The notes below the pieces were generated by a model, which worked only from the letters and a program-made list of their open reading frames with translations, was not told the DNA's origin and did not search any database. 64,000 nucleotides of DNA. Source: Podarcis filfolensis. Lineage: Eukaryota. The stretch lies in NCBI GenBank assembly GCA_964270895.1, contig OZ185437.1; one strand, written 5' to 3'. The first letter of the stretch is position 1. Each line of letters starts with the position of its first letter. The translations under genes and the position numbers were made by a program. Shown piece after piece: positions 34,492 through 47,537 of this stretch.

Positions 34492-34585
34492 ATCAAATTC
34501 AAGAAGTGCATCTATTTGTCCTTGTAATATTGGCATACTCTTCAGTAATTTTTCTGGAACCATTGTCCTCATTACACCCTCCGCC
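34492..34585 (-). CDS. SNAP91: Exon 6 (94 nt), ANTH
   Basis: [31 protein letters not shown]; ttccag| ... GAT|gtatgt. Confidence 0.97.
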
Positions 34586-34668
34586 CTGGAAGAAAAAAAA
34601 TCAAGCTACAACCCAAAAAATCTCATAGGCGTTATTTGGTAACTAATAACAAAATTAAAACTTTACAG

Positions 34669-34805
34669 CAGGGTTTCCAAAACTTGGGTCTCCAGCTGTT
34701 TTTGGCCTACAACTCCCATCATCCCTAGCTAGCAGGACCAGTGGTCAGGGATGAAGGGAATGTAGTCAAAAAAACAGCTGGAGATCCAAGCTTGGGGTTT
34801 CCCTG
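34669..34805. mobile_element. Palindromic hAT MITE (137 bp), same family
   Basis: CAGGG...CCCTG ends; TSD CTTTACAG / CTTTAGAG with 1 mismatch. Confidence 0.85.
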
Positions 34806-36713
34806 CTTTAGAGTGAAGACTGAGATTCAAATTAAAGTGGACAGTATTTCATTCTAGGAAAAGGTTTAATTAGGAGGCACCTTATTATAGAATGAGAGAA
34901 ACATGTAGTGCTGAAAAAAGATGGCAGGGTAGGAAAAATGATCCTGATTTTCGTCATCAAACCCTGCTTCTATAGACAAATAGTAGCTCCAATATTTCTC
35001 TGATAGTACTTGCTTTTCCACAAAGCACACTCCAATGTCTCAACTACTTACCTGAAGTACTGAAGATTCATTAAGGTCAAACCTTTACATCACTGATTAA
35101 ATCAAGCATGCACTGTGTTTTACACTGTAATTTCACTCTGTGGAGAATAATGCACTATTTTTAAATATTCTATTAATCCACAGATAATGGGAAAAGATGC
35201 AGTACAGCGGAACATCCAACCATGTACAGATGTTCTGTGTTTCAGATTAAAGACACCCATGGTGTTGTTGTTTTTTAAAAAAATTGCTTATATTTTCTCT
35301 CTATTGCATTAAACATTTATTTGAAGATACATTCTTTATGTTCCATAAAAGGATTCTGCACTTCCAGATATAATGGGGAAGGGAAAAGCAAAGTGCCTGT
35401 AGGGTTCACACAAATTATGTGAGCCCTGTAAGGTTGCCCCATAATGAATTCTGGAATATTTTAAGCCATATAGTATTGGTCCCTTTTCTACTTTCAACAG
35501 GCATCACATTCTGATTAACTCCTTGAATTATCTTTGGGGACTCAGGCTAGAGCAAGGGGATCATTACAGGATAATAAGGATAATACAGGATAATAATAAA
35601 AACACACTGCCTGGTAGCTTTGCAACAACCAATACAAACTTGGACTAAGGGCCATACGTAACATGTATGGCTGCTGCTGAAAGGAGCAAACTCACATTTC
35701 TACCTCCTCTCTACAGTATTAATATACCAGCAGGACACATAATGAGACTAGAGATGAGACAAGGTCACTAAAGGCATAGAAGCAGGGAAACATTTCCCAG
35801 TGTAGACAATTTGGGCCATATTCAGTGATGTGCCTCCATTGGTGCAACAGACTTCTATGCATGCAACAGAGCTTCCTCTTCCTCTCCTATTCCCTACAGC
35901 CTCATGCATGCCTTCAAAATTAGCTTTGGACGACACCCTAGAGCAGATTTCGAGAGCAGCAAAGGAAACAAATGCTCCATTGTGCTAGCAGAGCTACATG
36001 TATAGAGCACTAGATACAAACCTTCATTTTTAGCCCAGTTTATTCTACAAGGTTAAAATACAGAATGTTCCATATAAAGGAAGCCCCAACTATACTAGGA
36101 CAACCACAAAATTTCTTCTCATGTTCAACTGCATTTGGAAATCAAATAAACCCAAAACAGTATTCATTTATGCAATTTATGCAGCAGCTTTCCCATTTTC
36201 AAATACTTTTACCAGTAATATGTGTATGGTTTATAAATAGATACGAAACAGATTGTGATCCAGCAGAGGCATCCACTTATGTTAAGATAATGGGAAGTGA
36301 TCTTCTTACATTCCTCCTTTCCCCTTGACTTATATTCTGGAGATTCCTCCAACCCTCCAGGAAATATTTTCTGGGGGCTGAAGTGGGAAGGAGGAACTAG
36401 AGAAAATCAGTTCCTCTTTTCTTAAGCCAATGGATATCCCTGCAATATATAAAGCAACCACTGTAGAACAGAAGCACTAGATTTCACCTTCTGATCAGAA
36501 GTAGAAATAGTCTCTCCCCCTCCGCCCCAGATCCTACAGCAGGTTTGCAAAAACTAAAAAAACCTACTTGCATACCAGAACACTCACTATATACATTCTA
36601 GTGCTATAATTTCATTATTAAATCACTTTCGGCAATAGTAGCAGTTAAAGCAACATATATTGCAACCAACAATACTTGTAGGAACCATCAGTATTTATAT
36701 TAGATAAGCTTAC

Positions 36714-36816
36714 CCTTTCTTCACTCTTGCAAAATCAAATGCCATTTGCCGGTAGGAAAATGCTTTTTCATTCAAGTATCTACTGTAGCGCCTGATAAAC
36801 GTGGACATGTCATATC
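36714..36816 (-). CDS. SNAP91: Exon 5 (103 nt), ANTH
   Basis: (G)[33 protein letters not shown](G); gctag| ... AGG|gtaagc. Confidence 0.97.
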
Positions 36817-39189
36817 CTAGCAAGGAAGAAAATATGTCATAATTTTTTGATTTTTTTTTAATCCTTTTAATCTTTTACTAATGGATTGAGAGAGGTTGCA
36901 AATGCTATATCTTTAACTCAATGATTTATTTTATTAAACGATGACACCCTGATGGATTTCAGTGACGTTCTGCAAAATAATTCGTCTCACTTAAACCTAC
37001 GTAAGAGAATCCCTACATGTACCTGCCTAGCTATATATGTAGGTGCCAAGAGTTATATGACAAGCAAAGTACAGTCAGCCTGCAATTTACACACATTTAA
37101 CTTCTGCACATTCAGCTTTACTTGTGTGGCAAAAAATATATTAAAAAATTAAGAAGGGGGCAGAGTTCTGGGAACAATGATTTTTGCAATCCCACCTGCC
37201 ATTGAACTCAATGAGCTTTGACTATCAACGATTTTTGCTTTAGGCATGATCCCTGGAACGTAACCCCCATGCAAGTTGTGGGCTTACTGTAATCTACACT
37301 GATATATGTGTTTTGTTCTTTTGGGCGACTGGAAATAACTGAAAAATGGTGTTCAAACTGACCTTTGGATAAATATAATCTGATATATTGATAAGCCATG
37401 GTGGCCAACAGCATACCTTGCTTATTCATTAATTTTACTGCTCCACTCATCTTGCCATCTTCCAATACCATGTTACCCTGTTCTGCTATCATTTTGAAGC
37501 TACAGGTAGTTTTGATAAACAGATTGCAATGCGCTTTAAAATAAGCTCTTCATAACAAATATTCACAGGCACCCTGGTCTAGAAAACAGTTAAGATGCAA
37601 ATACATTGAGCCTATTGGATCCCAAATGCAACCAAATCAAATAACAGAATTTAAGAGGCTGTGCTGGAAAAATCCAAAGTAAAAAATGTTCTATCCAGAT
37701 CTACTTCGCAGTTTGATAATATAAAGAAATATCTTTCTGCTTTAATGTGTTCTACCAACTGATCTAGAAAAGGGGCAAACTAAACATGCTGAGGCATTTG
37801 GAGACTAAGCTCCAAGCAAGGCTGAACATATATTGGGGCCAAAATACCTCTTTAAACTTTATACTTCAATCTGAATCCCCCCTGCTACATGGAAAGCTGG
37901 TACCTCCTTAACATCTAGACATTTCAGGAATGTTTCAGCCTTGAATCTCATTAATATTCTCCATCTATATTTCACATATAAAAGATGGGCATGCCCAGTG
38001 TCTAATTAGTCTTGTTCGACAGCTCCCAGAATTGTTATTCTTAGGACTTAAGGATTTACTGAAGAATCATTCCAGTAAAAATCATGACTGCCCTTTTGTA
38101 TCAAGCACCCTAGGCTCCCCAAAAATGGTAAAACAAAACCTCTACCACTCTCATGTGATCGCTGCCATTATCATATAGCACATCTGAAAGCTTCCATTAT
38201 GTGCAAGCAGAAGTCATTAGTGGAAAGCAGATTTGCCTGCTATTTATTCTTTATATACTGTAGCACCATCAGTGTACATGCTGCCTTACAGATGCGGCAT
38301 AGACATGTCCCTGTCCTCACAAACTGCAACAGACATGGGGAGACACAACAAAAAGATATGGACAGACAAAAAAAGGATGCAGGCAAATCAAATTGCACAA
38401 CTTGGCTGCATTTGTACCCTATCCCCCAAAAGTATTAAAATTCATATACTACCGCAAGCTTAAATAAAAGGATTAAGAGAAAAGCAATAGTTTAAGTTTC
38501 ATGTTTACCCAGAATTCCACTGTAAAGCCATCAAGACAATAACTTGCCAAATTTGAGCTTTGGGTGTGAAAAGCTGTAAGTCTCAGTTCTTCTTGTGGTA
38601 GAGAAGCCAAGAGGGGGGGGATGAAGGGGGGTGGAGAGATGTTGCTTTGATAATGTAACCTTCCTATTCTGGATTAGAACTTCATCCTGGACAGATAACA
38701 ACCACCAACTCCTTCTGCTGTTCCTAGATTTTAATTTTTGCCTACATACAGTACAACTGTGTGCTCTTAGGAATGGATTTTTGGCTTAAGATGATGCAAG
38801 GAATCAAAAAGAAGTTATTATAAAGCAGCAGATAATATTAGGAGCTTAGTGCTTAGGTGTATGGTTCCAGGCTTTCAAGTACGCAATACCCAGACAAGGT
38901 TTCTTGTGACACCTTTGGGGAAAGAACAGAGCACTGAAATTACACGAGCTTAAATAAGTTCTTCCATTCTAACATGTTCATTTTCTTTCCTTTTTTATTC
39001 TTGCCTTATCCCTCCTCCAAATAGCACAGCTTTCCTTTTCCTTTCTGCTATATTAAAAACAGCTCCTATAAAGAAAACAAGGCATTTGCCCTCTGCCAAT
39101 ATATTTCACGGGGGGGGGGGGGAGGGACGCATTTCTGCCTAAATGATTGCACATATACCAGGCAAACATTATCAGCAAAGGGTTCTTAC

Positions 39190-39265
39190 CATGTGATCCA
39201 CTTTTGTCCAAAAAATTGCTGAGATTGAATAGTGTGTTTCTAGACGCCAAATACTGAATAAACCT
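39190..39265 (-). CDS. SNAP91: Exon 4 (76 nt), ANTH
   Basis: RFIQYLASRNTLFNLSNFLDKSGSH(G); cctag| ... CATG|gtaaga. Confidence 0.97.
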
Positions 39266-40046
39266 CTAGGAGGAAGGGAGGAAAGGATAATATTAGTTGT
39301 ATATGTCCTTCAACATTATCCTCTCACTATTTCATGACAAACCCACAAGCATGTTTCCTTCTAGGTGAAAACCCATGATAATCATATTATAATAAATGCC
39401 ATGCCTTACACATCTCTTGCCAATTTGAATAATTCTGCCTGGAGTGGATACAGATGGCCCAGTGCACAAAACTAAAGTCTGCACTGCTTTCTTCCACACT
39501 AAAAAGACTTAATCAGACCATCCAGGGTTTTTGTGTGTGCTTAACAATGCAGATATAAGAACATATTCTAAAATGTCACTACTCATATAAATAAGATTCC
39601 AATATGCATATGGTCAATTGTGCAATTTAACCCTAAGCACAGCAAGGCATCACATTTTTCACAGTGCAAAGATTTTGGCTGGTGTTATGGAAACCCCTGA
39701 ACCTAGAACTAAAATGGGTCTTTCTGGGCAAAATTGGTACAGGCATGAGTATTGCCATTTTCTTTATAAGTATCTGTCTCAGCATTTATTCCTATAATAT
39801 TTTTACTGTAGTGAATTTTGGAATAAAGCTTTTAATCCCAACAACTGAGTCAAGAGTCCAAGATCCAGGTGGGAGCCAGGATGTTACCAGAAACCCTTCT
39901 TCTCTGGCCCTATGAAGGGCTCCTCTGGAAGGACAAGGAAGCCCCTTTAAGTGGGAGTTCATGCAACTATTTGATTTGGCCTCCTTGGAAGTCCTCTCCC
40001 AAAAACTTGGGTGAAGGATAGCTTTAAGAAAATTTTGTGCACTTAC

Positions 40047-40189
40047 CTCATTGCCATGAACCATTAGATGATGCGTTGCAACTAAGGCTTTGAACACAAC
40101 CACCCAACTACTGTTTGTTGCTCTCTCAAAGAGTGTATCAGCCATTTGAGGAATATTGACATTTGTCTCATTTGTGGCTTGGATAAGAT
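40047..40189 (-). CDS. SNAP91: Exon 3 (143 nt), ANTH
   Basis: (Y)LIQATNETNVNIPQMADTLFERATNSSWVVVFKALVATHHLMVHGNE; atag| ... GAG|gtaagt. Confidence 0.97.
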
Positions 40190-43100
40190 CTATTTTGGGA
40201 AAGGGAGAATGATAACTGTAAATACAGAAACTTTCAGTTTTGTTATTGTTAAAGACCATGCCATTGCAGTTTAGTGATGTAACAGTCACTCAATTTCGCT
40301 ACTATACTTGGACTTTATTTAGAGCAACCTCCTAAATAATTGTTTGCCTTTCACACATGATTGTCACAAGGGGATGTGCAAACATACCATAAAACAGCTA
40401 AAAATATTTTCTAAAACAGTAGATGGGTTTAAAAACAAATACAAAATTAAATGTAAGGCAAAGCCCTTTTAATCCAGCTAGGAAAGCTTGTCAAAACAAA
40501 AATATATTTGTTACCCCAGATCAATCACTACAGAAACAATTAAGATAGGAAACCAACTTTCTTCTGGACTGCCTACTACTACTAGCCTGAAGCTATAAAT
40601 GGGAGTGGTTATTTACAAGCATGATCTGTGCCTAAAAGAGGAATAACCCCATCCACAATTCAAATCATGTTGAAGTATAATAACTGAAACTTAAAAGACG
40701 CAAATTGCCTTCTAGGCACTTCAAAAGGCTCCCTCCTTTTTCTTCTATTTGCTGTGGATCTTTCCTTTTATTTGCCATTTCAGGGTTCTGAAATCTGTGT
40801 TTGCCAGAGATGTGTTCCTTAACCATTCCCCCTATTATCCCTTCCACCAGTCACTTCCACTCACTTGTCCAGCAAGTCTCTCCTCATTCCTAATTTGTGA
40901 GAAGAACAAGATCAAATATCACTTCCTTTGCCATTGCCTCCATTGACCTGCTTTTGAAAGATGGGTCTCAGCTGACTTACCTGTGGTATGAAGTCAGTGG
41001 TCATAAAGCACAATTATTTACAGTTATCCCCCCCTTCACTTACAGCTAACTTCCCTCCTTGCACTACATTACTATGAAGGTGAAGAAGATGGGAATTCAT
41101 CCCAGAATTAAGCGTTTATATTTCTAGCTCCGCAAGTTTGGGAAAGAAGAGGAAAAAAGTGACATGATTTTGAAGCTAGACTAAAATTAAAATGAAGTCA
41201 AAATCCTTCCATTTGCTACATTTCAGGCAGATTTACCCATGCACTGGGCACTGTAAAATTTGCCAAATTTAGCATCCAATGCATAAATAGTTTCACTATT
41301 ATTAGCCAAATAAACCAATGGGCACAAAGCCAGTCTATCCATCATGCTCCAAGTGCTGTTTTCTGCAGCTATACCTGCAGAATATACCCCAGAAAACACA
41401 ACAATTGTATTATTATCATCATTTATTAGTCACTTTTCTTTACAAAACATAAACCAAAGCAATCCAGACCAACTCCTCCCACATAATGATCTAGAAATGT
41501 CAAACAGAAATGCCAGGGGAAAGGATTACCCCCATGACAGTCTCTCCAAGTTATTAAGGGCAGTGAACTTTGTTCTGCTAATGTTGCAAGAGTCCCTATC
41601 CCTACCCTGACCAAAGAGAATCATGTTTTGACTCAGGAAACTAACAATGTAATAGCCAAGAGGCACTGGCAGATGAGCAGGAACTGCAGCTCAGATAGAG
41701 ATACGCCACGGTTCTGTCCTCACAACACATTGCTCGTCTCGCTTTTCATTGACAGATCCCAAAACAGGATTCAGTCATTAATTAAACTTCCAGGGATGGT
41801 TGCTGAGCTACTTTTGAGCAATCTTGCATTCAAAAGATCTCTTTTCTTTTTAATTTTTTCTTTTTTATTGTTTGTAAAAAATGGAAAATGCTAATAAATA
41901 TCTTATAAAAAAAACCCAAAAGATCTCCATGCCCAGTTTGAGAAATGCTGCAGCAATTATTTATTTAAGTCTCAATTTCTGGGACTAACGTGACATCTTT
42001 TTTTCACCTACAGAAGTAGGCATAGATACGTACGCAAGAGAATGGAGAGGGGGCAGGCTGAAAGGATGTTGGTGAAAGAAATTCAGCTCCATATTTGAAC
42101 AAGGCACATGAATGTAAATTGTCACTGTTCTCTTCATTTATACTTCTTCCCTAGCAGAGCAAACGAGAAGCAGCATGGGAATTTTCAAGCCTCTAGCAGC
42201 AGCCAGCACATCAAATGCTGAAGCATAGCTTTGTGTGACCTCAGCTGACCTCAACAAAGTGCCACTCACTATTCTCTTTCTCTCTTACGCTTTTTCTGTA
42301 TTTTGCTCTGTGGTGGTAAGCTTAAGTGTACTTCTCCATTTCTACCAGTGCTCAGAGATTAGGGGTCACAGTTCTTGTTGCTGTTGTTGTTTCTAGTCTA
42401 ACCTACTTTGCATCCCTCTGGCTTAGTGACAGAAGTTTCTTCCTCAGGCACACCTACTCCCAAAAAAGCTTAACTTGTTTTCAGCCTCCCAGAGTCAGAC
42501 ATACACAAATTAAGACACAAATTAGAATTTCTTTAATTTGGCACTAGTCCAAAACAGAAATACTCAAAGCAGCTTACAACAAGCCAATGAAAACAAAACA
42601 ATAATATTGCTCAAGGAATACAAACAAGTTCACAACTGTGACCCTTCAAATGTAAGGGTGCAAAAATGTAACAATATACCGTAATGGAAGCATTACAGAC
42701 ATCCCTCTAATTCAGAGAGGATTGGCTAGTACCTTCTTTATGGTCTTTCTGGGACCTTTTCCTTCTCCCATGCCAAAGGGGGGGGGGGGTAAATGATCTT
42801 ACCGTTTTGAACCACTGATTGTGCTGGTTATTTTTTAATCACCTTGGTTTAGTCATCTCTCTAATTTTTAAGCTGGCAGTTTATTTTCTGATATTTCTGT
42901 TTTATTATTTATTTTAATTGTATTTTATCATTTCATTTGTGTGTGATGCCCAAAGCAAATGTTATTTGGCAACCCTTCTATAAATATAGTAAATTTTAAA
43001 ATTAAGTAGATGAGCCAACAGGGGTGTGATTGTTCACTAGGCTACTTGTAAAAGAAAAGGAAGTTGCCACACAGCAGATTTAAATGATATAGAAGTATAC

Positions 43101-43265
43101 TGATATCCTAATCGCAAGAACTAGGTGAGTAACATGTTATTGTGAAATAGGAATTAAAACAAACAACTAAATATGCACCTTCATTACCATAATTTTATTC
43201 TAGTGACACTTGCTAACATCTGGAGCTAAAGGAAGGTGCCTCACATCTTTCCCCCCATACCAATA

Positions 43266-43500
43266 CAGTGGTACCTCGGGTTACAAACACCTCGGGTTAC
43301 AAACACTTCGGGTTACAGACTCTGCTAACCCGGAAGTAGTACCTCGGGTTACAAACTTTGCCCCAGGATGAGAACAGAAATTGCGTGCCGGCGGCACAGC
43401 AGCAGTGGGAGGCCCCATTAGCTAAAGTGGTACCTCAGGTTAAGAACAGTTTCAGGCTAAGAACGGACCTCTGGAACGCATTAAGTTCATAACCAGAGGT
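43266..43500. mobile_element. Tc1/mariner-type MITE, family A copy 3 (right TIR truncated)
   Basis: TA followed by CAGTGGTACCTCGGGTTA; shared body GGAGGCCCCATTAGCTAAAGTGGT; ends ACCAGAGGT without ACCACTG. Confidence 0.85.
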
Positions 43501-46500
43501 CTCTTAATTACACAGTCTCAAATGGCAATTTTAGGTCTTTAAAAAAGGACATTCTGTTTCACTGCAGTTTCTTGGCTAACAGTGATGAAATATTGTGCAA
43601 TCTGCTCTAAATGTGATCTCGTTACCATCATTACCAAGGGTCTGCTGCATAATTAGTAGGGAAGATTTAGGAAAGTAAGGGCTCTAATTGTTGCACTCAT
43701 AGCTTAAAAACAGCTCCTGCAGTCATTAGAGGCACGCTGTCTTATTAAGTCAGCCACAGGAGCTGTCCACTGTATTAAGTTCTGAATTTTGAGAACAACT
43801 AGCCCACCAGCTATCGGAAGACAATACTCACACAGGGCTTATGTCAACAAATGTCTGGTCCATTCTCACCATCTAATTCTATGTGAACGTCTTTAAAGCC
43901 AGAAGAAAACAGCAGAACTTCAGCTGCTATAGGAGTAGCTATGAAAGAACAGCAATAGTAAAAGTGTGGCAGGCATATATGTATGGAAGCATGTGAGAAG
44001 AGGGGCCACAAAGGTCAGACCCCTAATTGCAGGAACATAAATGCTGTTTGCTATTCACAAACACCAGAATGCTACTTTAAACACTTGCATTGAACACCTC
44101 AGGGAATTTAAGATAAAACACAATTTAAGTGGACATTTAGTGAATATTCTTGTAAAAGAAAATTATAACTGCCTTTTGAAGGAATAATATTCTGGTTTTC
44201 CTGCCTAATTTGCTTTAGATATTCATGCTGCTTAAATATTCATTTAAACACTGTAAATTTACACAGGTAAATTTATGGAAACAGTGCCACACATTTACTC
44301 TAATATATTTTTGACAAACAGTGCTTCTATTTTTAGTGTTGGCATTTGTTTCCACTCTATTTTTGTTTAGGCTAGTTAGCAGCACATCGCCTATGTAGAT
44401 CTAAGTAGGTAAACTATCAGACCTAGAATGAAATGTTATTTTCACCTGAAAATTTGTGCACCCTTTAATAAGCACTGTAAAACACTTGAAGCAAAAAACA
44501 GGGGCTACACTGATGAGTTATGCTTGAAGAAGTGCAAAATGCAAAATGCCTCAAGGTCCAAAACAGTTAAGTCACCCGCAGCTAGTTACTGATTGGCTGT
44601 CAGGTCTCTGAACAGAGTCATCTCTTGCTAATATTTCACTTATAGTTTTCAAAGTAATAACTGTGCCCCATTTTCTACAAGTCCATATGGTCTATGTAAA
44701 ATACTCTTCTGCCAGTAGAAGAAGAGTCTACCATTTTTAGAGTGAGAATTGGTGTGCTGGTTAAACTAATGCACCATGAGCGTCATAGGTTTCAGTTTAA
44801 ATATCACCGAGTTATGAAAAGCAGTTTATACATTACGCAGAATCAAGTGGCAAAACTTATTTATGACTGTCCCAACTTCAGACTGCAAGTTGGGAGGGAC
44901 AGAAAAGATTCTCTACTACCTGCTAACGCCATGGAAAAAACTCCCTCATGCAGAAATGGTACGTTAGTGAAAGGGATTCAGCACAGCTTTCTTGCTAGAA
45001 TGCTAATTATCTGACATGCAGAGAGTTTCTTTCCATGAGATAAGTATGCTAACATGCAACCTCAGCCCTATTGAAAAAGTACAATCCAGGAAAAGCTTAA
45101 ACACTTGGTTCTGCTCCTTATACAAACTGACCCTTATTAGCTGACCTTTGTCACAGAAAATCTCTTCTGTCTGTAATATGTAGATGACAATACCAGCCTA
45201 TCTTACAGGGTTAATGTAAAAAGAGATTGAGAATTTACGCAAAGTACTTCTGGTACTTTCTGTTTTTACTTCACATTTACAAAAGTAGCAGCATTACTTG
45301 GTTGGAGCAGTCATTTGACAAAAGCAAGAACATTAAGTAGTGCGCTTTAGGACTAAATTTGATGGGGATGGGGTTTCTTCTTTTCAATATGTAAAGTAGC
45401 TAGACCAGAAAGCCTACACAGTAGATTAGCTATTATGACAATTATTTAACATATTACGACACCAGCAACTACCTGGCAGCCCATTTATTCTCTCTAAAAT
45501 TATACTGGCAGTATTCCAACATTTTATACTGTAAGTAACAGCAAAGGCCTTACAATGATCAAGACCTCTACTCCCCGGGCAGCCTAGTTTCTGCAGACCC
45601 CTTGTGGCCATCCCCGGCAGGAAAGATTTGTAAGAGATGGTGAAAAGGTGACATACACAATATTCATCTTTAATGATTTGTATGAAGCATCTTTTTCAAA
45701 GAACATCAGGACTGTGATGCTTGCAAACAAGATCTAAAGTCAGAGAGCTCATAAGGACTCATTCAAGGAGCAGCAGTCTACCATCAGGTCCCCATGCTGG
45801 ACACTTATCATTCTGTCTTGTCCCTAGGCCCTGCCACTGAAGCCAGAAGATGGTGGTAGTGGTGGGACATAGTTTGAACTTCAAGAATGCAAAAGTAGTA
45901 CAACACGTTGCACTGCACCAGTTTGTTCTCTCAGCCTTGCCTCACTTTGACCCTGACTTAACAGTTCAGATACATATCCGAACCACACTTGTAGTTGTCA
46001 AGAGTTTAGCTATATGCAAGAACAGAGCACAGCATGCACTGCTCTCATTGCCAATGCATGGACTAGACTCACTAACAAGCTCATCTTTTCTGAACCGCCT
46101 TTTGATAACCTGTTTTTAACTGGCCTTTTAATAACTGTGAATGTTGCTGCCTTTGTCAGTTTTGATTGTTTTGAGATAAGATTTGTTTTTGTTTTTATAA
46201 TAGCGTGAGGCACCTTGGTGAGCTATGCTTGCCCAAACTAATGTTCCAGATAAAATAATGAGGCAAGTGGCTAACTGCAAAAATCTGATTTAGTTGGTGT
46301 TACTAATGATGCTGCTACTAACGATGATGCTACTCCACCTATTCTAGGTCTCCATGAAATAAAAATTAATCCACTTGATAATTGAATTACATATTATAAG
46401 CACCCTAGAAGAGTTCAGAAATACAAGTTGTTGTTATCTATAGACAACCAAAGAACAGGAGAAGTATTAAGCACTAGAAGCATACAGTTCCCCCTGCTTG

Positions 46501-46872
46501 TTGGAGGAAATTGGAAGATTACACTACTGCAGTGTAAGCACTATTTAAGACAATCTAGGCTTTTGTATGCGTGGACACAGGACAATGATTTTGGAATCAA
46601 AGTTTACTTAATCCCAAGGTGAACCAAATTAAAGTCTTATCAACAGATATGTCCTTCCAAATCTACAAAGTCTAAGCCATTTAGGGCTCCAAAGGCCACA
46701 ACTGACACCATGCATTGCACCTAGAAGTGCAGGAGTTCAGCAATGAAGGCTTCAAACCATATGTACCAATAGCAACTCACATGTAAACACTTTTCAAATG
46801 TAGAACTTATTACCACAGTCTACTCTTAACATTGCCAGGTTACATGATCACTGCCTGATCTAAGACAAGATC

Positions 46873-47537
46873 CTTAGAGACCAACTAAGTTTGTTATTGG
46901 TATGAGCTTTCGTGTGCATGCACACTTCTTCAGTTACACTGAAACAGAAGTCACCAGACCCTTATATATAGTGAGAGGGTGGGGAGGGGTATTACTCAGA
47001 AGGGTGGTGGGACTGGACAAACAGGACAAACCCTACTCCAAAGAATAAATGGACATAAATCTGGCATCAGGAATCACAAGACAGAGAAACCAGTAGGAGA
47101 ACACTTCAATCTTCCAGTACATTCTATACAAGATGTCAAAGTAGCTGTCATATTACAAAAGAATTTCAGAAATAGACTGGAAAGAGAAGTTGCTGAACTG
47201 CAACATATTACCAAACTTAAAACCATGGAGAGAACTGGTCTGAATAGAGACATTGGATTCTTATCTCATTATACTTGATAAAGCTATTTTTAGCCATCTC
47301 ACCCCTTGCTTTTCCTTGTAAGACCAATTGCAGTCTTTAACAGTCATCAACAGGTTTACCACACCTATCAGCCAATCACCCATTCCCACCACCCTTCTGA
47401 GTAATACCCCTCCCCACCCACTCATTATATATAAGGGTCTGGGTGACTTCTGTTTCAGTGTATCTGAAGAAGTGTACATGCACACGAAAGCTCATACTAA
47501 TAACAAACCTAGTTGGTGTCTAAGGTGCTACTGGAAG
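46873..47537 (+). mobile_element. Penelope-like element 3' fragment with GIY-YIG endonuclease C-terminus and inverted pLTR
   Basis: ORF end GQTGQTLLQRINGHKS...EKPVGEHFNLP...GLNRDIGFLSHYT; about 140-bp inverted arms at 46873-47012 and 47384-47524. Confidence 0.88.
47460..47497 (+). ncRNA. Minimal hammerhead-ribozyme-like motif in a Penelope pLTR
   Basis: GUAU-CUGAAGA-A-(stem II GUGU/ACAC)-GAAA-GCUC^AUAC; 4-bp stem I and palindromic AGCU in place of helix III. Confidence 0.6.

Noticed and set aside
39792-40289. 165-aa ORF as a single-exon gene
   Set aside because: Only 40047-40189 is coding (exon 3); the rest is intronic read-through.
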